Shown here: in pieces, positions 1-7,086 of the stretch
Layout of the letters: every line of letters begins with the position of its first letter
How positions within the stretch are numbered: the stretch's first letter is position 1
Origin: Prasinococcaceae sp. CCMP 1430
Taxonomy: Eukaryota; Plantae; Prasinodermophyta
Assembly (NCBI GenBank): GCA_013416795.1
Contig: RQSC01000020.1
Span: forward strand, 355,400-364,255
Reading direction: 5' to 3'
Length of the DNA: 8,856 nt
Notes under the pieces: generated by a model
What the model was told of the DNA's origin: nothing
Database searches by the model: none
The model's input: only the letters and a program-made list of their open reading frames with translations
Program-made: the position numbers and the translations under genes

Positions 1-375
1 CGCGCACGCGCGCGCGCGCGCGCCAGCGCGGCGCCGCCGCGCCTTCCCGCCGCGCACATCACACCGCATGCGTTTTTTTTTTAACGGAGGGACCCAAACC
101 AGCGCAATCACAACCGTCGTTTCGGATCACACCGCACCTCAACGGACGCGCTCGCGCGCGCGCGCGTCTCCGCGGAAACGGCCATGAAACCGCCGGAAAC
201 GACCGCTTCCGAAATCGAATCCGTGGGATCCAATCCGCGCGGGATGCCATTTCGCGTCGGCGGAGTGCGTTCAGACCAAATGAAACGAATGGAACTAATA
301 CGCGGAAGAAGGATTTGAGGAGGTCATTGGCGGTTTTATGGAATCGCGGAACGGAACTGACGCCGGCCGGAGCCT

Positions 376-405
376 CAGCAGCAGCATCAGCAGCAGCAGT
401 AGCAT
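376..405. repeat. Imperfect (CAG)n trinucleotide repeat
   Basis: cagcagcagcatcagcagcagcagtagcat. Confidence 0.8.
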
Positions 406-543
406 CCTACGTCGATCGAAGCTGCCGGAAGCACCCCTTCGCCGCAGAAGAGGCAGGCAACGTTGGCGCGCGCCCGCCAGAGACCTGACTGACCGCCAGC
501 CGACGCGCGTGCGGATGGGCCGCCGAAGTGACGTGCGCTGCGC

Positions 544-595
544 CTGTCCTGTCTCTCTGTCGGTCTGTCCGTCTGCCTGTCTGTCCGTCCGTCTG
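544..595. repeat. Degenerate (CTGT/CCGT)n tetranucleotide repeat
   Basis: ctgtcctgtctctctgtcggtctgtccgtctgcctgtctgtccgtccgtctg. Confidence 0.75.
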
Positions 596-818
596 GCGGT
601 GGAGGTGCCTGCCGCAGCAGCGCACGCACGCGGGGGACACGCCCGCGAAGGAGGCGACGGCGATGGGACCGCGACGGAGACCGCCGCGACGAGTGCGGAA
701 AGTCTCTATGAGTGTCCCGGGTAAAACCGGGCGCCCCGGCCGAGCGGCGCGCGCTGGAACGATTTTCAGGCGGGCGTGAATCCGCCTGGCGCGGCGGACG
801 ATTTTTTTGACGACCTCT

Positions 819-844
819 GTACAGTACGTACAGTACGTACAGTA
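819..844. repeat. Tandem 9-mer (GTACAGTAC), about 2.9 copies
   Basis: gtacagtac gtacagtac gtacagta. Confidence 0.85.
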
Positions 845-1280
845 GTTAAGGTTTGGAACTATTACGGTTTATCCTTCATTTTAGGGTCCAATTTTGGCGC
901 GAGCGCGCGCGTGCCCCGCGCGCGCGCGCGCCCGCGCGCGGGCGCCCCGGCACGCACCGCATTTCGAGGGACACAATCCGTCGTTTGTAATATTAAATGT
1001 TCTCATTTTAAATTTAAGTAATTGCAGAAATGTGATACATTCCGCGAAAATGGCCGCTCGAAAGCGGCGCGCGCGGATCGGAGCGCGCGCCCGCGATCGG
1101 TGCGGAATCCGGGAGCTTATCCGGGATTCGACAAAAAATGGAATCCACAAATAGTTCTATCATATCTATTTGTCACATTATGGATTCCGCAAGGGGGCTT
1201 TGGGGCGACGCGGAATCCACTCGCGGCGAAGCGCAGCCGCTCTTCGCGCGCAGCAGGGCCGCCGCCCGCAGGCGCTCGCG

Positions 1281-1334
1281 GTGCGTGTGTGTGTGCGTGT
1301 GCGTGTGTGTGTGTGTGCGTGTGTGTGTGTGTGC

Positions 1335-1372
<38 letters not shown>

Positions 1373-1430
1373 CTGCGTGTGTGTGTGTGCGTGTGTGTGT
1401 GCGTGTGTGTGTGCGTGTGCGCGTGTGTGC
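1281..1430. repeat. (GT)n/(GCGT)n microsatellite upstream of the CAS ATG
   Basis: About 150 nt of alternating purine-pyrimidine sequence. Confidence 0.95.
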
Positions 1431-1507
1431 GATCGCGCGGCCTTGCGCCACACACGCCGCGCGCCCGCCTCGCGCCCCCCCCCTCTGTCCCGCCCCGCAC
1501 GACGACG

Positions 1508-2041
1508 ATGGCGTCGTTNCCGCCGCGCGCGCCGCGCTCACCGACGCGGGCGCCCCCGTCGACGACGTCACCGCCGCGGCGACCAAGGCCGCGGGCGTCG
1601 CCGCCGAGGCCGTCACGCAGGTGACGCCCATCGCCAAGTCCGGCGTGGACGCCGCGGCCACCTACGTGACCACCAACAGCCCCGAGACGCTCCTCGCCAC
1701 CGCCGCGTACGCCGTGGGCGCATACGTGCTGCTGCCGCCCCTGCTCTCCGCCGCCTCGGCGCTCACGCGCGGCTACGCGGGCGAGCTCGCCGCCACCGAC
1801 CTCCTCGAGCGCCTGCTCGCGCGCAGCTGCGTGCTCGTCGACATCCGCAGCGACGCCGTCCGCGTCTCCTCGGGCGAGCCCGACCTGCCGCAGTCGGCGC
1901 GCGGATGCTTCGTGCACTGGCCCGTGCAGCGCATCAGCCGCAAGGAGCGCGGGCAGGTCTCCGACCCAGACGGTGAGCGCGCCGGCGCGCGCGCGCGCGC
2001 GTGCCGCGCGCGTGTGTGTGTGTGTGCGCGTGCCGCGCGCA

Positions 2042-2094
<53 letters not shown>

Positions 2095-2362
2095 GTGTGA
2101 TTGTTGCTCGCGTGTGCGCGAGAGCATGCTCGTCGCGGCGCATGCGGGCGCGCACTGACCCAGTCCTCCTATTCATTCGCACACCCGCACGCACGTGCGC
2201 ACGCACAGGCATCGAGGCGGAGACCACGGGGCTGCAGATCGCCAACCTCAAAAAGCTCAGCAAGGGGAAGGCGGTCGTCATCATGGTGAGGGGCGCACGG
2301 AGGGGGCAGATGTGTGTGTGTGTGTGTGTGCGCTTAGTGTGTGTGTGTGTGTGTGATTGTAT

Positions 2363-2393
<31 letters not shown>

Positions 2394-2825
2394 CCCCTGC
2401 ATGTGCGGGCAGCGCGCGCTCGCGCTCGCGCCCACCACGAACGCGCGCCTGCCCGTGCTGACGTGCGTTCGCGCGCGGCCGTGCCTCGCGCGTTGCCCCT
2501 GCGTCGCACCTGCTGCAAACACACACACACACACACGCACACGCACACACACACACACACGCGCACACGCACACGCGCACACACACACACCGCCGCGGCC
2601 CACCCCCAGGACGACGGCAACTCCCGCTCCGCGAAGATCATCGCGCGCCGCCTCGCGCGCGAGGGCTACGGGAAGGCGTACGTGCTCGGCGGCGGCTTCG
2701 GCGAGTGGAAGCGCGCCAGCCTGCGCACGCGCGAGGTCACCAAGGTCTTCGTGGAGACGGTCGCCGCGCCCAAGCTCGCGGGCACCATCTCCGGCGGCAG
2801 GACCGTGCGCGGCTTCCTCGAGTGA
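1508..2825 (+). CDS. CAS: Chloroplast calcium-sensing receptor (thylakoid TM helix + rhodanese-like domain). Exons: 1508-[gap n1519]-1972, 2209-2285, 2610-2825. Part of the N-terminus is lost in the gap.
   Basis: The spliced translation is ...[67 protein letters not shown]...GQVSDPD|[26 protein letters not shown]|[33 protein letters not shown]...GFLE*. It follows plant CAS as I recall it (AYLLLPP..RGYKG..VDIRSE..G.P.LP..EAE...LKI..LKK..KG..I.D..SAKIVA..G). GT-AG junctions keep frame (phase 1, then phase 0). ATG 1508 (gacgATGg) lies 11 nt before the gap and is in a different frame from the downstream exon, so the n hides sequence. TGTAA follows the stop at 2851. Confidence 0.9.
1973..2208 (+). 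other. Spliceosomal intron (CAS, 236 nt, phase 1)
   Basis: GTGAGC donor, ACTGAC branch motif at 2154-2159, and GCACAG acceptor. Removal restores D-G-I-E-A-E. Contains a perfect (CA)25 at 2043-2092. Confidence 0.9.
2286..2609 (+). other. Spliceosomal intron (CAS, 324 nt, phase 0)
   Basis: GTGAGG donor, GCTGAC at 2457-2462, and CCCCAG acceptor. Removal joins VVIM|DDGN. GT tract at 2311-2393 and CA tract at 2519-2590. Confidence 0.9.
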
Positions 2826-2850
2826 GGCGCGCGGCCGCCGAGCGCGCCGC

Positions 2851-2855
2851 TGTAA
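2851..2855 (+). terminator. TGTAA polyadenylation-type signal of CAS
   Basis: TGTAA starts 26 nt after the CAS stop. UGUAA is the established chlorophyte near-upstream poly(A) element. Confidence 0.55.
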
Positions 2856-2880
2856 GCGCGCCTTTTTCACAAGCGCGCGC

Positions 2881-2973
2881 GAGCGCGTGCGTGCGCGCGT
2901 GCGTGCGCGTGCGAGCGTGCGTGTGCGTGCGTGTGCGTGCGTGTGCGTGTGCGTGCGCGTGTGTGTGCGTGTG
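2881..2973. repeat. (GCGT)n/(GT)n microsatellite between the convergent 3' ends of CAS and the 50-codon ORF
   Basis: Seen directly in sequence. Confidence 0.9.
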
Positions 2974-3028
2974 TACTCCCTCGCGCGCACGAGTGCGCCC
3001 AGCGCCACCGTCGAGTGTGTGAATGCCA

Positions 3029-3033
3029 TTACA
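3029..3033 (-). terminator. TGTAA polyadenylation-type signal downstream of the 50-codon ORF
   Basis: Plus-strand TTACA reads TGTAA on minus, about 160 nt after the TGA at 3191. Confidence 0.45.
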
Positions 3034-3190
3034 GCGCACACATGCATGCGCTCTGCTCAGATTGTGTGTCTGTGTGTGCGTGTGTGTGTGCACGCGTGCG
3101 CGCGCGCGCGCGCGCGCGTGGCCCCCGCGCACAGGACAGAGCGCGCCGCGTCCGACGACGCGCGGGGACGGAGTGGCGCGATGCGAGAGC

Positions 3191-3343
3191 TCACGGTGGG
3201 AGGCCGAGGAGCTCCTGCGCGACGCCGCCCACCGTGGCGTACGTGCCTGCGGCGGCGATGGCGACGGGCGCCGCGAACACGAGGAGCGGCAGCGTGGCGC
3301 CGGCGGCGCCCGCCGCGGCGGCGCCGCCCGCGGCGTTGCCCAT
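3191..3343 (-). CDS. Hypothetical 50-aa hydrophobic microprotein MGNAAGGAAAAGAAGATLPLLVFAAPVAIAAAGTYATVGGVAQELLGLPP (or the terminal exon of a gap-broken gene)
   Basis: 48 of 50 sense codons end in G/C, as in the flanking genes. Start context is gcgATGg, like the ABC1 start. There is an in-frame upstream stop and a downstream TGTAA. I recognise no family. Confidence 0.6.
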   Translation of the reverse strand: MGNAAGGAAAAGAAGATLPLLVFAAPVAIAAAGTYATVGGVAQELLGLPP

Positions 3344-3735
3344 CGCGCCCTTCCCGGGGATGGGGCGGAAGGGCGGCGCCTGCCGCCGTGCCACCCCGCT
3401 CCGAGAGGGGGTGTTGGAGGTAGCGGTAGTCGCGGGTGGCACTGCGAGCTGTGTCTGCTGCGCTCGGACGCTCGCGCTCGCGAGCGCGCTGCGGCGGCGG
3501 CGGCCCGCGCGCCGCCGCCCCGCCCCGGCTCAAAGCGCGCCCTTTCGCCTCGACCACGCCGAGGGGTGGGGGGGGGGCGCCGTGTGGCGCATGTGCGGGG
3601 TGCGCCTCCCTCACCCCCCCACCACCCCCACACACCACCGCCTCTGTGCGTCTCGCGCGCGCGCGCGCTCGCATGCGCCTTCTTTATTTCGTTCAACATG
3701 CATTTTGACATGCGCTTGAACATCGTACGCGACGN

Positions 3736-4778
3736 TCGCCGCCGCCGCCGCCGTCGCCCTCGGCCTCGCCGTCGCCCTCGGCGCGCCTGGGGCGCACGTG
3801 CACGTTGCCCGCGTGCGGATCGCCGTGCACGAGCCCGTGCACGAGCATCATCTCCGCCGCCACGCGCGCGATGGCGTCGCCCACGGCGGCGGGGGCGAGG
3901 CCCGCGCGCGCGAGTCCCTCCGCATCGTCCACGCGGACCATGCCCTCCACGAAGTCGGTCACCAGCACCTGCTTGCCGCTGAGCTCGGCGATAACGCCCG
4001 GCACGAGCACCTCGCCGCCGCGCCAGGCGAGCGCCGCGCGCGCGCGCGCGGCGTTGGCCGCCTCCACCTCGAAGTCGCACTCGCGCGCCAGCAGCGCGCG
4101 CAGCTCGTTGAGCAGCCAGGTCACGTCGAAGGGCACCCTGTCCTTGAACATCATGAGCGCCATCTGGATCATGTTGAGGTCGCTCGCGATCTGCGCCTGC
4201 AAGCCCGGGTACTGCACCTTGACGGCCACCGCGCGCCCGTCCTTGAGCACCGCCCGGTGGACCTGCGCGAGGCTCGCCGCCGCCACCGGCGTCTCCTCGA
4301 TGCTCTCGAACACCTCGTCGACGGCCGCGCCCAGCTGCGCCTCGAGGTGCGGGCGGATCTCCTCCCAGGGGCGCGCGGGCGCGCGGTCCTGCACCTCGGA
4401 CAGCGCGTCGACGTACTCGGCGGGCACGGGGCCGCGCACCGACGCCGCGAACTGCGCCGCCTTGATGAAGATGCCGCCGTTGTCCTGCGCGGCCCCGCGC
4501 CGGAGCGCGCGGGCGTCAGCCGCGGGCGGCCAGGCGTGCGCGTGTGTGTGCGTGCGTGCGCGCGCGTGTGCGTGAGGCCGCGCGGCGAGAGCGCGCGCGC
4601 GCACCTTGGCGAGCCGCAGGAGCTCCTGCGCGGAGCGCGCGTGCACCTCCTTCTTCCTCGCCTCGCGCGCGGGCGAGCCCACCGCCAGCCCCTCGAGCGA
4701 CGCCGCGTAGTCGGCGACGACGGCGTTGGCGACGGCCAGCGCCCGCTGCTGCCGCTGCATCGACGCCATGAACTCCAT
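3736..4778 (-). CDS. ABC1/UbiB-family atypical kinase, ADCK1/ADCK5 (Mcp2)-like. Exons: 4778-4605 and 4484-3736. C-terminus lost in gap n3735.
   Basis: The translation has DY..H.RSA..L..LAK|DNGGIFIKAAQ, EY..LS.VQD.AP, the A-rich loop PVAAASLAQVH, VAVKVQYPG, ECDF..EA.N and catalytic HGDPHAGN. The DFG-equivalent motif is not visible because it falls in the gap. Confidence 0.92.
4485..4604 (-). other. Spliceosomal intron (ABC1 kinase, 120 nt, phase 0, in frame and stop-free)
   Basis: AAG|GTGCGC donor, GCTGAC at 4520-4515, and GCGCAG|GAC acceptor. Removal gives the family-typical LAK-DNGG. Confidence 0.9.
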
Positions 4779-4904
4779 CGCGCGCGGGCGCGCGCGCGCG
4801 GGCGCGCGCGTGCTCCCTCTCCGCCCCCTCCGACAGACGCCCACGCCCGCCAGTGGCGAGTGCGCCCCTGCACGGCGCGCAGGCTGTGGCACGCCCACTC
4901 TGCG

Positions 4905-4996
4905 AGTGCGTGTGTGTGCGTGTGTGTGTGCGTGCGAGCGTGTGCGTGTGTGTGCGTGTGTGTGCGTGTGTGTGTGTGTGTGTGAGTGTGTGTGTG
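4905..4996. repeat. (GT)n microsatellite upstream of the ABC1 kinase
   Basis: Seen directly in sequence. Confidence 0.9.
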
Positions 4997-5537
4997 TTCA
5001 TAACCCTATTCAACCGCGAACATAACCTTAACCCTTTGCGGTCGGGCGTCCTGCAGGTGGAGCAGGGGCGTGTCTGCGTCTCGCGCACGCGCGCGCGCTC
5101 GCATGCGCACGCGCGCGCGCACACACAAGCACGCGAGCACGCGCACGCGCACGCACACGTGAGCACGCGCACGTGCGCACGCGCTTCTGAGCACCCGCGC
5201 GCGCTGGGAGGAGACCGTCGTGGCGCGGAGAGACAAAAAATTGGGTGCGGGGGCGAGGGGTCGCACGAGTGCGCGGACACGCCCCCCCTCCCCCGCACGG
5301 GCGTGTTTACGTGTGTGTGTGTGTGTGTGTGTGAACACTTGTGCGTGCGCGCGCGTGTGCGCGCGCGCGCGCGCGTGTGTGTGTGTGCGACAGTGCACGC
5401 CACCTTGAGGTGCGTCGCGTGGGAGTGCGGTCGCACAAAGCGCGCACACACGCTCTCTCTCTCTCACGCACACAAGCACAGACGCACACACACGCACGCA
5501 CACACTCGCGGGCAAGCTCGAGCTCGCCCCGGCGGGC

Positions 5538-5660
5538 TCACGCCTGCTCGCGGCGCTCCGCCTCCTGGCGCGCCCACGTGATGATGCTCGTGTCGGGCTT
5601 CATGTTGCCGCCCACGACGAGCACCGCCAGGCACGTCGCCATCGTCCCCCAGTAGATGGC
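5538..5660 (-). CDS. NDUFB11: Mitochondrial complex I ESSS subunit (NDUFB11/NP17.3), last exon only: AIYWGTMATCLAVLVVGGNMKPDTSIITWARQEAERREQA*
   Basis: A TM helix followed by KPDTSI.TWA..EA..R is the ESSS-family C-terminal signature (plant form recalled as GLNAKPDLSIETWAHQ). It is preceded by a C-rich tract, a CAG acceptor (5662-5661) and GCTGAC at 5749-5744. The expected upstream exon is not visible and is presumably in gap n5844. Confidence 0.82.
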   Translation of the reverse strand, partial: AIYWGTMATCLAVLVVGGNMKPDTSIITWARQEAERREQA

Positions 5661-6015
5661 CTGCGGGGGGCGGGAGGATGGGGGGGGTGGGGGGAGGGAG
5701 TGCACGGGAAGCGAGGCGCATGCCGCGCGTGGGCAGCGGGGGCGTCAGCCGCGCGGCGCTCGCGCAGGTGCGTGCCCATCCCCGCCACGGCCGCGCGCGC
5801 TTGGGCCGGCGCGCGCGCACGCGAACGAGCGAGCGCACACACGNGAAAATGAATGCGTCGGGGCTCCGGACGGGGCCATTTTTTGTTTTTTTTTATTTGG
5901 AAACGCGTTTGAGCGTCGCCGCAGGCCCGACCCCCACGTTCCCTGCGCTGACGGTGGGGTTTGGGTTGGAATTTTGAGGTTTTTGTAGGCGCGTGGGGTG
6001 AATAGGGTTTGTATA

Positions 6016-6210
6016 TCAGGGAAGGTCGTGGCTGTTAGCGGCGACACAGGGCGTCCTCGGGGCGCCTCCCTTCCCCCCCCCCATCCCCAGGGCCCTCCTC
6101 CCCGCCACCAGCGCCACCGCCGAGCTCTTCCGTTCGCTCGATCCCGCGCCATGGCGCCGCGCGGCGCCGCGCGCGGCGCGCGCGAGGCGCGCGCCGGCGC
6201 GGGAGAGCAT
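6016..6210 (-). CDS. Candidate first exon with a mitochondrial presequence-like start MLSRAGARLARAARGAARR (possibly the 5' end of the ESSS gene)
   Basis: An Arg/Ala/Leu-rich, acid-free N-terminus upstream of and co-oriented with the ESSS exon, with ccgATG context and an AT-rich motif-bearing block upstream (6340-6450). No clear donor was found, and GC-rich DNA yields R/A runs by chance. Confidence 0.3.
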   Translation of the reverse strand: MLSRAGARLARAARGAARRHGAGSSERKSSAVALVAGRRALGMGGGKGGAPRTPCVAANSHDLP

Positions 6211-6377
6211 CGGATTCCCCCCGGCGACGCCCGAGGGAGAGGCCTCTGCCGCGGGGCGGGGGAAGGGGGGAGGGAGGGAGGAAGGGGGCGCCGCGCGCCG
6301 CGCGCGCTGTGGCCGGGGAGCCCGCGCAAACACCCCCCAAAACAAAAAAAATCTAAATCTAAATCCGAAGCCTACGT

Positions 6378-6385
6378 AAACCCTA
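6378..6385 (+). promoter_or_regulatory. Telo-box-like AAACCCTA in an AT-rich intergenic block
   Basis: Exact AAACCCTA, with ACCCTAA at 6395 and AACCCT at 6432 nearby. An inverted copy TAGGGTTT lies at 6003-6010. Confidence 0.35.
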
Positions 6386-6560
6386 TACATATGTACCCTA
6401 ATTCCGGCTAAGACGCCACCCGCATAATTCGAACCCTGATTACCGCGCTGCAGACTACACGCTGTAGACTACAGCGTACGCACAGCACGCCCGCGCCAGC
6501 GATGCCATGGGCGTGGCGGTGCGCGCGTGGCAGCGCCTGGCGCGGAGGGGGAGAGCTCCT

Positions 6561-6735
6561 ACACACGCACACGCACACGCACATGTACATGCGCGTGCAC
6601 CCACTGCTCAGCTCCTACACACACGCACACACACACGCAGCATGCACGCGCACACACACGCGTGCGCGCACACATGCGTGTCACACACGCGCACACGCGC
6701 ACGCGCGTGCGTGCACGCACGCACACGCGCGCGCG
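6561..6735. repeat. (CA)n/(CACG)n degenerate microsatellite in the 3' flank of the shikimate kinase
   Basis: Seen directly in sequence. Confidence 0.85.
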
Positions 6736-6772
6736 TCCTCCTGGCGACGCCCCGCGCGTCGTTCGCGCGGCC

Positions 6773-6979
6773 TCACTTGGCGGCCTTCGGCACGAAGGGC
6801 GCGAGCTCCACCCCCGTGGCCAGCGTGTAGCACGCCATGACCGCCTTGGCGATCTCGTCCTTCTTCATCCCCGCGCACTGGAGGGTCACGTCGGCCGTCG
6901 CGCGGTACCACGGGTCGCGGCGCGCCATGATCTCCGCGAAACTCGACGTCGCGGACAGCTGCGGGCGGTTGGCGTCGCC

Positions 6980-7018
<39 letters not shown>

Positions 7019-7043
7019 GTGTGTGTGTGCGTGTGTGTGTGTG

Positions 7044-7086
<43 letters not shown>

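Noticed and set aside
338-724. 128-aa plus-strand ORF with a Ser-rich start
   Set aside because: Built from CAG and CTGT repeats, with mixed third-position usage unlike the real genes, and no recognisable motif.
819-844. Short tandem repeats as a CRISPR array or iterons
   Set aside because: No spacers, units are too short, and the context is eukaryotic and intron-containing.
880-886. Interstitial telomere array or chromosome end
   Set aside because: Only isolated single units occur, never tandem TTTAGGG.
841-895. GGTCCAATTTT resembling a U6 snRNA 3' end, and TCGAATCC/TTCGAACC words resembling tRNA T-loops (near 217, 1125, 6428)
   Set aside because: No ACAGAGA box or U6 body, and no cloverleaf or A-box. 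The matches are too short.
1180-1280. ATG 1180 ([10 protein letters not shown]...) followed by a GTGCGT donor-like site as CAS exon 1
   Set aside because: No AG or branch motif lies between 1281 and the gap, the peptide is not transit-peptide-like, and ATG 1508 has better context. It cannot be fully excluded while the gap is open.
3189-3194. GTGAGC donor-like site overlapping the microprotein stop, suggesting a further exon
   Set aside because: Downstream AGs lead into repeat or non-coding sequence with no GC3 bias, and TGTAA follows, so the TGA is more likely a real stop.
2286-4604. In-frame stop-free introns (324 nt in CAS, 120 nt in ABC1) as retained coding insertions
   Set aside because: One third of introns are expected to be multiples of three, repeats lack stops, and both have canonical splice signals whose use restores family-conserved sequence.
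3798-4985. Plus-strand ORFs 3798-4985, 3805-4575 and similar ones opposite the CAS and SK exons
   Set aside because: Antisense shadows of high-GC3 coding sequence.
5401-5435. Minus-strand HSHATHLK followed by AAG|GTGGCG as a micro-exon
   Set aside because: No acceptor or branch motif upstream, and no partner exon or frame to join. It lies in the ESSS 3' flank.
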